A DNA stretch of 63,053 nucleotides, counting the filler, from Pelomyxa schiedti (lineage: Eukaryota; Protista; Evosea), in NCBI GenBank assembly GCA_020536535.1. It is 13 parts of 13 records of this genome, joined end to end, with 100 filler letters (N's around TTAATTAATTAA, not from the genome) between each part and the next. Parts side by side here need not be neighbours in the genome. Positions count along the whole stretch, not along the records: positions 1 to 18,287 come from JAHLWZ010000334.1; 12 more parts are not named here. One strand, given 5' to 3'. This document shows, piece by piece, positions 1 through 12,329 of the stretch. How positions within the stretch are numbered: position 1 is the first letter of the stretch; every line of letters starts with the position of its first letter. The position numbers and the translations under genes are program-made. Below the pieces are notes generated by a model. That model ran no database searches and had not been told where the DNA came from. It was given only the letters and a program-made list of their open reading frames with translations.

Positions 1-156
1 TTTGAGGCTCCTTTAGCGAAAAATTTGGCACCCGTTGCCTGCCGAAGAGCCTAAAACCGAACAGAGGAAAAAAAACAACAAAAAAAGAAAACCCACAAGG
101 TGCTGCGGCGCTGCTCGACGACAAACGCAACAAGAGGGCGATCTTGACGTACAAAA

Positions 157-2222
157 ATGAGCGGAGAAGTTGTTGAAATGGGTGCTGCGGAGGTGGTTAC
201 TGTGGCGGAAAAAGCCCCGAAACCAACGTTTCCGATAGAAGATTCGACACAAGTTGACGCATTCCTGGCGTATTTAAAAGAGACGCTCATAAAAAGCGAT
301 ATGACAATCAAAGGTATTTGGTACTCCTTTTTTTTGTTTTTTTCCCGCATATTTAACTCTGTGTCACAGTGAACATTAGACCAAAAAAGGCGTGGGCAGC
401 CTTCTCTGGATGCTTTGGACCTGGTCTCCAGGGAGGTGAAGTCGACATACCAGCGGATTTCACTATCCAGGGTCGTGACAACGCCAAAAAGAATCTGACC
501 CACGGTGATATACCTTTCGCTGTGAAAGTGACAGATTCGAATGGCGGTGACGTGGTACCAAAACTCACAGACAATGGGGATGGAACGTACGGTGTATCTT
601 ATATGCCAGTTACCGCCGGACCACATGTAGTTAACGTCACTTTGAATGGCGAACCAGTTGGTGAGGGAACGTGGAAACCACTCATCGACCCTCCTACCCC
701 CGACCCCACAAAATGCAAGCTCCTTGGCAATGGTCTCAACTCTGCAAACGTTGCTATTCCTGCTCTTCTTGAGGTATTGCACTTCTTCAAATTTGTTATA
801 GTTACTTTCTAAGGTACATGCATACAATAAAATTGGAAATCCCCTCAAAGTTGGAGGACATCCATTTAAATTGTCCGTCAACGGTCCACATGAAGCTGCT
901 CCATCTGAGCTTCATGATAACGGCGATGGCACGTACAGTGGGTACGCTCTCACTCCCTTCGGTCCGGCACTAACTTCTAATAAGAAAATACACACCATGT
1001 GATACTGGACGACACGATGTTGCTGTGAAACTTGGTTCTGCAAATGTCCAGGGCAGCCCCTGTGCTGTTATGGTAGCAAAGAATGTTGCCATGGCTGATG
1101 CCGGTCGCAGTTATGCTGACGGTCCTGGTGTTACTGGTGGATGCACAACAGCCGAACCTGCTGTTTTCACAATTCATGCTGTTGCTCCGAGTGGAGATGA
1201 AATGAAGGTAGGGGGCTCACCGTTCGATACTGAAGTTCGTGACCCTGAGGACAACCCCGTCCCTGTAACTTTAGTTGACAACAAAGACGGCACATACACT
1301 GGAAAATATCAGCCACTCAAGCCTGGCCCACATTGTAACTCTTCCTCCTCGATATTTGGATTTATTCTCACCATTTCAACAGCTGTGGAAGTTATCCTGC
1401 GTCATCACCTTGAGCCTCTGTTCTATGAGCACATCAAGAACAGCCCCTTCAAGCCCAAGATATTGCCTGGCATCGATGCCAGTAAGTGTGTTGCTTATGG
1501 ACCCGGGCTGGAGAACAATGTTCTGGATACTGTGTGTAGCAAAGTTTATTGTAAAAACCTGGCTAACATATGAATAGCTTCCCACTGAATTCTTCGTGCA
1601 AGCCAAGGATATTGTGGGCAACAACGTTAAAGAAAAGAATCTTCCGTTCACCGCCAAAGTTACCGGACCTCATGGTGAGGTGCCATGTGAACTTGTTGAC
1701 CAAGGCAACGGCCTTTACCGAGCTACCTATGCTCCAGACACTGCCGGTGATCATACAGTCGAGATCAAACTAGAAGACCAACCAGTTGGAAAGAGTCCCT
1801 ACCACGTGGGTTAACTTATAAATTTCTCCCAACTTAAGTTGACGGCATCCCGCAGGTTGAAGTACACAAAGGCTGCGACTATCACAATTCCCTTATTGGG
1901 GGATACACCTTCATCATCCGAACCAAGACTAAGGATAACCAAGTACTCAAAGTCGGCGGTGAAAATGCCTTTGAGGTATCCAACAGTGTTCTCCTACAAC
2001 AACCTCACACCCAAACAGGTGGGCATTTCGCTGAAAGACACCGGTGTTGCTGTGCCACAGGACTTGATCCACATCAAGGACAACAGCGACGGCAGCTATC
2101 TCGTCACCTACGAAATTCCCGATAACGTTGCAGAGCCAGCGCAGGCCGGCACCTACATTGTTGGATGCAGACTCAACGGCAAGCACATCGTCGGCAGCCC
2201 CTTTGAAATGGCCTTTGCCTAA
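157..2222 (+). CDS. Filamin/ABP280 Ig-like repeat protein (gelation factor-like), multi-exon; no calponin-homology domain visible
   Basis: Repeated filamin motifs across ORFs (GPGL, DNGDGTYGVSY, DNKDGTYTGKY, DQGNGLYRATY, HIVGSPF) separated by short GT..AG introns. Confidence 0.9.
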
Positions 2223-2363
2223 CAACCTACCTCCCAAACATACAATCACCACACCAAACAGAGTAAAAAAGAAAAACCAAGCGATAATCAACAAGGCATT
2301 TCTGCATTTTTTTTTCCTATTGTATTTGAATCCTCATTTCTCATTGTATTCTGAAGGTACTGC

Positions 2364-4060
2364 TCAGAATACTGTTGCCCAGAGAGCAACAATAACGCAT
2401 AATAGGACCACTGAAACAGTGTATGTAGTTGCAGCACAGGTTCCGTCGTCGGTGCAGGTGAGACCACCTATGAAAAAGTCGTTAGATCAGTGAATGTTGA
2501 ATGCGTGAAGGGCTTGATACCTGAACAGGGATAGTATTCCGGGTAGTTGTATACTCCATTGCAACACTCACCGGAATCGCACTCGCTGTCTATGGATACC
2601 GAGTAGACCTGGTACTGAGATTGACATATGTTGCCTCTTTCCATTCGGAAGAAACCCTAATTATGTTGTGAGCTACCAGTTTCGAGTAAAGAAGATGTAC
2701 ATCTTCGCCCCAAGTGGTTCCCCAGCTAGCCAGATACGTAAGTAAACCACTAATTCTAATTGGAAAGAGATATACCTGTTTTTACCAATCCTGAAGGAAA
2801 AGGTTAGGAAGAGAACAGAGGAGTCAGTGGACAAACCAGTAGTCTGTATTTGAAGCTGTATCATGACCCCAGCCAATGAACGCAATGAAGTGGTTAGCGT
2901 CTGTGCCAACACATGCCTCTGTGGCAAATTGAATATCACCAACTAAATGAAGTTAGATACCTGACCCCATGATGCCACCAGTGTAGCCAGAAAAACCATC
3001 TCCCGCAGCAAGGATAGTTACAACTGGGGCTTCTGTAATCATGTCAATCATACTCTGTGTCGTCGGATCCTGCCACATTTCCCAGTTAGAAATCTGCCGG
3101 TACCGGTCAGTGTTCACTCCATTATTAGGACAATCGCACAAAAGTTTCTACTCTGGAACTATTGTACCGGCAAGTCTCTTGAGCCATTTCATATGGATAG
3201 CTGGCTTGGCTTTGAATACCATTGTCACTTACATAAGTCAAGGTATCCTTATTCCAAATTAGACATGGAAAAAAAAACTAACATCTCACCCCAGCATAGC
3301 CACCCTTCGGGCAGTTGTTGTAATCACCATTCGGCGGAACACAATCCAAAGCTTGTTGCTCACTGTACTGCACTACATCTACTCCAGCAATCGCATTTGC
3401 ACTCTATTGTTAGAGTCAACCAAAAAAAAATCTCGGCATAGAGAGCAGAACCTCAACAACAGCTATTGGTCCGAAACACCAGCAGGATCCACAACTGCCT
3501 AAAAAGTGTTACGGCACTACAGAACAGTTTCACTGTACCTTGATTCTTAATGGCCGTGACCACCCCTGGTTCGTCACGCCAGTCGAAATTCGTTGCTGAA
3601 GAGAGCCTATTTCGGGAAAGGAACTCTTTTTGCGATCCGCTGGGACCTTTGTGAAGATCAGACCGAAACAAGAAAAAAGAGATTCGGGGGAGGGACGAAC
3701 TGGAATGAACAGGAATCTGACGGCCGCCGTTCCTTCTGTCGAACTCTTCCTGTGACCAGTCCGCGAACTTGTGGGTGCCAGTTAGGTTCAATGCCATCGG
3801 AACAAGGAAAGTATTTGTTCCATTTTCTTCCCAAACTCGACAAAGTTGTTGTACCTGAGCAATTCTTCGTCGGCTGTGTCAAACTTCCTCCCAAAGTCTG
3901 TTTGAACTTGGCCTAATGTCCAACACAGTTATAAAGGAAAAACACAACAAAAAGAAGAGTTATGGGCCGGTACCCAGTCCGGATCGTGGAGCGGTGAAAG
4001 GGCCGATGCGCCCACAATCGCCAACCAGCACACAACCGCAGCCACCCTTACCATCCGCAT
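2364..4060 (-). CDS. Papain-family (C1A) cysteine protease precursor: signal peptide, I29 propeptide, Cys-rich extension and hydrophobic C-terminus
   Basis: N-terminus MRMVRVAAVVCWLAIVGASA; propeptide KFADWSQEEF; mature NFDWRDEPGVVTAIKNQG; catalytic CGSCW near 3480-3500; WGED and FRMERG exons; C-terminus TVSVVLLCVIVALWATVF*. Confidence 0.9.
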
Positions 4061-4274
4061 CTGCTTGTGTCTTTCTTTTTTTCTCTTTTGGAACAAAGAT
4101 CGGATCCATTCTAGGAAACCCTGTGAACAGATCGCCGGGATTTTACTTTCTCTTTCACACGTGTTTAGGAGATGTGGCACCGGTTTTGAAGTTTCAAAAT
4201 TGGTGGTTGATTAAACAAAAACAAAGACAAAAATACAGGTGCACTTGAATACGGCATTCAATACGAGGGTTTCT

Positions 4275-7200
4275 TCAAGAATATATCCAAAGTGAAGTGC
4301 GGAGCAAGCTTCTGTGGTAGATGTTAGTGTCCCTTGTAATAAACCGGTAAATATAAATTGTCTGTGATTTCCGGTTAATATAAATACCTTGTTTTTTGCC
4401 CCCTTGTCTAGATAAGTCCTGGGGAAAGAGGTTCCACTTACTCCACCACCAACTCCCGATACAAACATGGTGTTGAACCATACAGCAAACATTTCCTTTC
4501 TTCTGCTGCATTGCATCACCTCAACTTTGACATCACCACATACTTCTACTCCATTTTCAACTTGAAGCTCAAAGGGCCTCTCTTGTTCCCCTCCTGGATA
4601 AATCGTGATTGGATTGTCGTTCATCACTTTCTGGAGACCGGAATTAGTTTTGGGTGTTTAGGGTATTTTAGGTTCCTACATTCTTAAGTCTCTTTTTGTG
4701 GAGACTTATGAGCGTTGTCAAATCATCAGCAACGGGTTTGCTGGAGTACACAAGTTTATTACCGGAAAAGACCTTGATACATAAATCTGACAATGATTAA
4801 TATGCGGGAAAATTCGTTCTAAACCTACCATTTTCATCAACAGCCGGTTTGGGGGACAGTGAAACTCCCGTTAATTGGAGTGGAACTTTAGAGTAGGTGA
4901 TATTCCGGCGTAAAAAGTCTGCGTAGTAGCCTACGTAACGAATTTGGCTCGGTATTGTTACACCCTGTGCGTTGAACATTATTAATTAATTAATTCAGCA
5001 TTAAGAGATTAATTTGAACCTTGCTGTCATATGTTCTCTTTGCAGCAAAATAATTAAGAGCTTCTTCTGCTGTACTACATACATGCGAATACAAGAGGTA
5101 GGCGGCCACCATTAAACCAGTTCGACCCTGCATNNNNNNNNNNNNNNNNNNNNNNNNNNNNNNNNNNNNNNNNNNNNNNNNNNNNNNNNNNNNNNNNNNN
5201 NNNNNNNNNNNNNNNNNNNNNNNNNNNNNNNNNTTTGAACCTTGCTGTCATATGTTCTCTTTGCAGCAAAATAATTAAGAGCTTCTTCTGCTGTACTACA
5301 TACATGCGAATACAAGAGGTAGGCGGCCACCATTAAACCAGTTCGACCCTGCATCACTTAGTTTGGGAAAATAAATAATGAGAGAAACCTTCCCGGCCTT
5401 ACAGTGCACCACAATGACATGCTTCTCATTTTCACGGATCCAAGTATCCTATGAATTTAAGAATTCATACACAAGATAGGGAAGTCTTACACAGTTCTTG
5501 CAGAACTGATGAACTAATTCGAAGCTGGGACTATTATGATCGTCAAATGGGAAGAGTTCCACTGGGAATGTGCATTGAGAGTCTCACACAACCCGAGAAG
5601 AACTTACCGCGATTGTTAAATTTCACAGGATCGTATCTTCTCTCTGAACATCTTGACATGGTTAGCGGAGAAAAAAAGGTATGTCAGAGGGTACAAGTTA
5701 TAAACTTTATAATTCTCCCGGTGCCTGGTCTCCAAGAACCTGTTGCATATCAGTATACTCTTCCAAGTTGGTTGCCATACCTGTAGACTTCCCGGTAAGG
5801 ATTCCGAAATGCTGCTTCCACGGACTCAGAAGGAAAGCCCATTGCAATAACTCTTGGAGTAATATCTATAGATATGGAGGGACTGTAAATTTTCTTTTGA
5901 AAGGTAAGAGGTTACATGATAGATCAAGATCAAAGCCGTCTTCTTGAAATCGTCTTTTCTTTTTTGAAACTGCTATACGGAGAGCATTACCTGGAGATGA
6001 CATGCAGTTGTGCTATGTGCTTTTTTTTAGAAAAGATGGGGAGAAAAAGCGTGTAACCAGTGGTGTTGATATCATCTCCAGAGCATTTGAAGTGTTGAAC
6101 TGGCCTGACAATAAGTCATTAAGCATTCCACCCACGCCATTGCCATCAGTGTGAGTAGGACTATCTGGTCTTTCATCATCTTTCCGCTCAGGCTGTTGAA
6201 CAGGGGCCGTTCGAGGCAAGTAGTAGGTTGCACCACTGCCATCTCCATAAGGGACTGCTATCCAGAGTGAACGGTGTGTACTGCGTGGTCTATAAACAGT
6301 AATAACAGGTGGCGGAGGAGGTGGTGGCGGGGGAGGTGGTGTTGCGATTTCTCCGGAAGTTGGTATGGGTGCTTTGGTTGTCGGAGGTGGTGGGGTGTAA
6401 GTGTGAGCTTGTGTAGAAGAATACGAGGGAGTGGGAGACTGAACTACAGGTAGTTTGGGTGAGGCTGGTTGTGTCAAAGCTGACCACAGAGAAGGTGTTT
6501 GCGGAGATTGCGTGGGTGTTTGTTGGGTTGGGGAACCTAGTTGTTGCGCCGCAGATTGACTTACAATAGTGTCCTGCTGTGATTTCAGCTGTACCATGAG
6601 TTGGGCTGCAAAATTACCAGCATTTGTGCAATCCTCTCTTGCCAAGGCGATGGCAGTGCTGCTATGAGGCCTGATAGTAGCCCCACTAGAGCACAGGACA
6701 GAAGACGAGTTAATATTAGCCACACCCCATCCCCCGCTACTAGTCCTTCCACTCACAGCAGGCTGCGCAGAATGCCGCATTTGGTGCATAGTTGCATGCC
6801 CTTGATTCGAAACCGAAGAAGTATGATCGGCACTTACGCTGAGAGGCCGAGGTGAGCCCGGTGAAGAAGATAACAGCGATGGAGACGGAGAGGGTGAGGG
6901 CGAGGGTGACGGGGAAGAAGAAGGAGCGGAAGCGGTCGCGTAAACAGAAATTGTGGGTGAGGGGGACCTCCTTTCGCTCACGACGGAAGTTGGTGTATTC
7001 ACTGACACTGGCGCCGTTCCATTTGGAACATTACAAGTCATCACATTTGGTGCACTTCTGGTCCCGATGAATAGAAACTGTTGCTGTTGTTGCTGAGAGT
7101 GTGAGGACAGAATTGTGGGAGAGGACGCCGGAGAAGACGACAAGGGCCCTTGTTGCGATGCCGACGAGAAGTAGGTACCGTTGTTGCTGCCCCCGGGCGT

Positions 7201-7359
7201 AGTTATGGGTGTGCTTGGGGACATCAACAGCAACATGGACGTGGAAGATGCCGTCGACGAGGACGACGGCGGCGAAGAGTGTTGTTGTTGTTGGGCCGTC
7301 GTTGTTGGCCTGCGGTGGCCGCCCAATCCGCCACCACCGCTGCTGGTTGTTGAAGACAT
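4275..7359 (-). CDS. PTEN: PTEN-like phosphoinositide 3-phosphatase with C2 domain and a ~450-aa low-complexity N-terminal extension; 3' end approximate
   Basis: HCKAGK/GRTG P-loop split by a short GT..AG intron near 5350-5390; GVTIPSQIRYVGYY; CGDVKVE and MFAVWFNTMFV of the C2 domain. Confidence 0.92.
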
Positions 7360-7570
7360 ACACGGATTATGGGACGATGGTACGTTGCGGGGGGAGTGGC
7401 CCTTGAATGGTGCAGGGGAATCACTTACCGAGTCGCTTCCTCTTCAGCGCTGCTCGCTTCTTACGCAACTTCACAGAACGAAAAGTGATTACACCCGATC
7501 TGGGGTTTGTAGAAATCTGAGGTGACACAGCCCGCAACTTTTTTTTGTTTTTTTGGTGTTGAGCTTAAAT

Positions 7571-9079
7571 TCAGTGCATTTTGGCAACATGGGATGGGTT
7601 GGCAAATATTGGTAGACCAAGAACAGCTGCAAAGGCTGTGCACACTTGATACAGGAAGAAGCTGTGTGACTGTTAGAACGGCAACGCTGGAATAGGATTG
7701 AGGTGCACATACAAGAACCATGCTAGGCAGAACAAAACGAATAGTGGAGCTAGTAATGGCATCCAACCCAGCAATGGGGGAACAATGGCTCCAGGGATAA
7801 GCATAGGCAACAAGTTGTGCCACAAAAGTGGCTGAAGGGTTAGCCTGTGTAGTGTAACACAGCCCTGGAAGTAGGAGAATACAATAGATGCCCATACGAG
7901 TGTGTATCTCACGTCTGTGCCATAGAACCACCACTCAAACACCACCAATGGTGTCAGAACAAGCGAAAACACCTCTGAGAATATCGGAAGCAGTGGTTGT
8001 TTCTTTGCAGTGAAGGCCCTTGCTATACGCATTATACAATTGAATATTTGCTGTGCTGACATGACTCCGCAGATAGTAAGTATAACAGCATCACCTATTG
8101 TTGGTACATATGGAAGTAGCCGTCCAAGTGATTGTGGGAGAATGTGGATATTGTATACTGTAGCCCCAAAGATGCCCGGAAGGGCAAATAGGATCATCAT
8201 GACTATCTGTCCTTCTGTGATGCTTGTACCATTATCCATCAACATGACAAGAAGTTTGCTGGCTTCCCAGTGCACAAAATTGGTGTGTAGGCCAACGCAG
8301 CACACACCGATAAAGCAGATAAAAGAAGAAGTTCCGGAACACAGAACAATTGTGCTGGCAATCACCATGAGGCAGATACCGTCAACTAATGCAAAAAAAA
8401 AAAAATGAATTCCAAAACTTACGGCATTTTCAAAAAAATTACCTTGGTGATCCAGGAAATCGCCAATAGGGGAAGAGGTACCCAGTGCTCGCGCTTGTTT
8501 ACCATCAACAGCGTCCATAGTCTTTTCCAGGTGTGAGTGAAAGGGAAAAAGATGGAAAGAGATACCTGGAAGAAGAAAACAGATACAGCAGCACCAAGGT
8601 CCACCCACCTAGGAGGTGGAAAACCGTAACCAACAGCTAGAGCAAAGAAAAACACTGTCGGAAATACAGCGGCAACAGTAATAAAGTTGGCTGAGAGCCA
8701 TGTGGGCTGCAAGGAAACAGGAAAGGGGATTTTCAAAGGAATTAATTAGTACCAGAACTTAACACATCTAAAATTTTACCGTTATTAATTATAAATAAAT
8801 TCACATACCATGAAGCCAGCAACAAAAGTCCACCACACTTGCAATTTGGCTGAAAGCGTGGAATTGTCCTCCATTTTGTATTTCCCTTATCATAGAATTC
8901 TCCGTTGGCAAAAAGATGAAACCAAATACTCAAAATTGCAATGGTTTATAGTTTGTACTCCGGTTTTTTAAATTTGTCTTAGCTATGACACATTAATAAT
9001 TACCGGGATCATTGCGAAGCTTGACGAGGGCCTCGCGTGACAGGAACATATTTGGTAGTATCACCGGCTCACCCTTCAT
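7571..9079 (-). CDS. Choline/ethanolamine phosphotransferase (CDP-alcohol phosphatidyltransferase), multi-exon
   Basis: WLSANFIT; CDP-alcohol motif MDAVDGKQARALGTSSPIGDFLDH; multiple TM segments; ends AAVLGLPIFANPSHVAKMH*. Confidence 0.9.
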
Positions 9080-9225
9080 TGTTGCTGCCGATTCACCAAT
9101 CAAGTGTTTGTGTCTTGATGTTAGCGGAAATATCGTAGCCGCGAAGCGAAACAAAAAAAAGGCTTGGATGAACGAATTTGTGTTGTTGATGATACATACA
9201 GTACTACTGGGTGGTTTTTGGTTCC

Positions 9226-11713
9226 CTAGAGTAGGAGTGACTGGTGGTGGGTTTTTTGACCAAGGGATTTCTTCAGCTTCTCTATTTTCTTCTGCAGTTT
9301 GTTGAGTTTCTTGAGCTTTTTCTTGGTCTTTTTGGACTTGGAAATGGTAAGGGAGCAGTGGGCCGGTTCCTCGTCGTCGCAATTGTATTCATCATCCTCA
9401 TCTTCTTGCATGGGGATATGCTTGTTCTTTTTTGCCTTCTTTTTGGCCTTCTTCTCCTTCTTCTTTGCTTTCTTCTTGCCCTTTTTCCTCGCTTCTTTCT
9501 TGGCTTTCTTTTCTTTTTGCTCGGCTTTTTTTGCTTTCTTGTCCTTCTTCAGCTTTTCTCTGTATACTTGCACAAGGCTCTTGATTGTGGGCCTTGCTTC
9601 TGTCACTTCACTCGCATTGAAATCCTGTGCCCAGACGAAGTCACCAGGATCACTTGTTTTCACTCTTTCCTCTTCACTGCTGTCCTCCTCATAATTCCCC
9701 GTTTTCTTTGCCTTTTTCTTTCTCTTGTGTTGTTCTTGCATTTCCTTGGCCAGAAGTTTGGCCTCCCTCTTCTCTATTTCGAGCTGCGTGTGCATTTCTG
9801 TTTTAGGTTGGTGGAAGTTGTGATAAACTGAGGCAAAAAACCTTGAGCGCATGTCTCTCTTGAAACAATTCCTCCGGCATGGTGCGGTACAGCAAGGAAC
9901 CGCAATATTGCTCTTACCATTGCCTCCTGGAATACGTGAGGCATAATCACTTGAAAAGAAAATAAACCTTTGTACTGTCCTTAGGGAAATTCAAGTTTAG
10001 AAGGCAGATAATGGCTGTTAACGTCTTTTTGCTGATTCCCAGGGTTTGGTGAAATCTGGCACGGGTTTCCTTTTTTCTACTATAAAATTGACGCGCCTAC
10101 TCAGTATCGTACCTCATTAGACTCAGCACTTAATCCAGAGAAGTCCAATAAGTTTTCAACTCGATTAATAGCACCCTGTGGGTAGTCAGAATGCGGAGGT
10201 ACTGAAGGGGTTTTTACCAATTCCGTTTTTCCAAAAATGATCCTGTGTAGCATTGCAACTGCGTGGGGATTCTTGTGAAGTGCCTTCTTTATATTCTTGC
10301 ACACTGATAGGGGTGTTTGGTAAAATACCGAAATCATTCCATTTACCTGCTGGAATATCCCCTAAAGTAACCGTTCCTGGCTTCGGAATGGAAAGTGCCG
10401 ATAGCGGAGCGTTTGGTCTTGAAGTAGGTGCTGCTGCACTTCCCATTGGATGAGACTCCTGGGCAGGAGTAACTCTAGCCGGATGTGAAGGTAAAGTGGA
10501 TCCTTTTTTAAAAAAGATGGGCATTGTGTATTTCAAAGGGTAAACAAACCTGCCATGCGCAGTTTTTTTGATGGTGGTCCAGAATCCACAATACCTGAAG
10601 CGGAAACCAAAGCATCGAAGTTCCTATTGAACTCCGAAATTTCCTCCTGATTGCCATCGTCCATGTTTGCCTCTGAGGCATTGCTGCAGTGGCCGGGCTC
10701 ATCTTCCCCCCCGTCATCGGCTGCCTTTTCGTCATCTCCCTCGTCGCCGTTATCTGTGACTGGCACGCGTCCCACAATGGCGTGGCCGGTGCGTGCCCTG
10801 TGCGGCGTTGTGCCTTGCCGTGCATCNNNNNNNNNNNNNNNNNNNNNNNNNNNNNNNNNNNNNNNNNNNNNNNNNNNNNNNNNNNNNNNNNNNNNNNNNN
10901 NNNNNNNNNNNNNNNNNNNNNNNNNNCCCCCCCGTCATCGGCTGCCTTTTCGTCATCTCCCTCGTCGCCGTTATCTGTGACTGGCACGCGTCCCACAATG
11001 GCGTGGCCGGTGCGTGCCCTGTGCGGCGTTGTGCCTTGCCGTGCATCAGCCCCAACAGCTCCCATAATCAGCGGCAATTGCCCGTCACCTGGCAGATTTG
11101 GTTGTTGTTGTTGCCGCCGTTTCGCGGCAGCTCCCCTCTGGCCACCGGCACCACCAGCCCCCCTGCTTTGCGTTGGGCCTTGCCTTTGCCCAACGTCCTG
11201 CAGTTGATTTTGTGGGCCCCGCCGCGGGCTGTTGCTGCTGCTTGTGGTTGTTGTTGTGGTGGTGGTGGTGGTGGTGGGGTGCTGCCTCTCCGCCTGGGCC
11301 CCCCCTCCCGCCGCTCCCGCTTCTTTCTCTTGCATTTGCTGGTTGGTGGGCTCCTCGGCCTCGGCCTCGCCGCGGTCTCCCACCACGTAGACAGCGTCGG
11401 TTTCTGGTGTGGTGGTACTCCTGGGCTGGTGGGCCAGGAGCGACCCGGTGGCGTCTCGCTTGTGGCCCCCAGCGCCCGGCGCCCCGCGGTTCCGATGCCC
11501 GCCGTCGTCGTCGTCGTGCCCAGGCACGCCCCTCCCCGCCGCCGTCGATTCCCTTCTCCCGCGGGGCAGCCGTGCGACGTGGCGGTGTTGCTGTTGTTGC
11601 TGCCGGTGGTTCCCGCTGCTACCTGGAGGCGGCACTACCGCCGGGGGAGGCGTGTGCTGCCGCGGGGGTATTATTACGGAGGCACCCGTTTCGAGCCGCG
11701 CATCGTCGTTCAT
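9226..11713 (-). CDS. DEK-like chromatin protein (DEK N-terminal-like domain, Lys-rich C-terminus, disordered N-terminus); spans a scaffold gap
   Basis: GTVTLGDIPA..CKNIKK..LHRIIFGK..NLLDFSG resembles the DEK/pseudo-SAP region; long Lys/Glu-rich last exon. Confidence 0.55.
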
Positions 11714-11752
11714 TCCAGCCAAAAAACTTTCTCGTTGGATCGTTGGCGGCGA

Positions 11753-12274
11753 ATGGGAGACCCCGGGGCGGTGCGGCACGTGGTCGGGGACCTTATGGGA
11801 GTGCGCACGGACGTGGTGGTGATGCCGTTCAGCGACACGTTCATGGTGACGGTGTCGCAGACGGGCTCGTTCGGCACGTGGTTCCACGTCGAGCGGGAGA
11901 CCGCCGACGGCGGCGGCGGCGGCGCGTCGTTCTACGACGTGGACACTCTCCTAGGGTCGCGGGACGACGGGCTCGGGCTGGCGTGCGCCCGGTCGCTGGC
12001 GGCGCTGTGCCCCTCCCATTCCCTGCTCGTCTCTGTGGCTCTGGCAAAGCCCCCTTGCAATCACATTCACATTCAACAACAAACAACACAGCAACACCAG
12101 ATGGAAGGAGGAAGTAGCAGCAGCAGCAGCAGCAGCACCAACTGTGGAACAACAAGTAGTACCGATGCTACAGTAACTAGTTGCAGTGGTGGAAGTGACA
12201 TGGTGTGGTGCAGAGCAATGTTGGCTGCTATTGTGGAAATGTTTGTGGGAATGAGGTTGTTGCAGCTGAAGTAA
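11753..12274 (+). CDS. PSMG3: Proteasome assembly chaperone 3 (PAC3)
   Basis: GVRTDVVVMPFSDTFMVTVSQTGSFGT, YDVDTLLG.RD and LLVSVAL match the PAC3 pattern; intronless. Confidence 0.8.
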   Translation: MGDPGAVRHVVGDLMGVRTDVVVMPFSDTFMVTVSQTGSFGTWFHVERETADGGGGGASFYDVDTLLGSRDDGLGLACARSLAALCPSHSLLVSVALAKPPCNHIHIQQQTTQQHQMEGGSSSSSSSSTNCGTTSSTDATVTSCSGGSDMVWCRAMLAAIVEMFVGMRLLQLK

Positions 12275-12329
12275 AAAGTAAAAAAAAAGTATTGGATAGA
12301 ATTGTTGTTCCTCTGTCTATTTGGATGCT

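Noticed and set aside
9244-9831. Hydrophobic Phe/Leu-rich 'membrane protein' ORFs on the + strand
   Set aside because: Antisense of the Lys-rich exon of the DEK-like gene
10793-12117. Long overlapping ORFs on both strands (493, 459, 339 aa)
   Set aside because: GC-rich shadow frames of the DEK-like first exon and PAC3, inflated by the N gap
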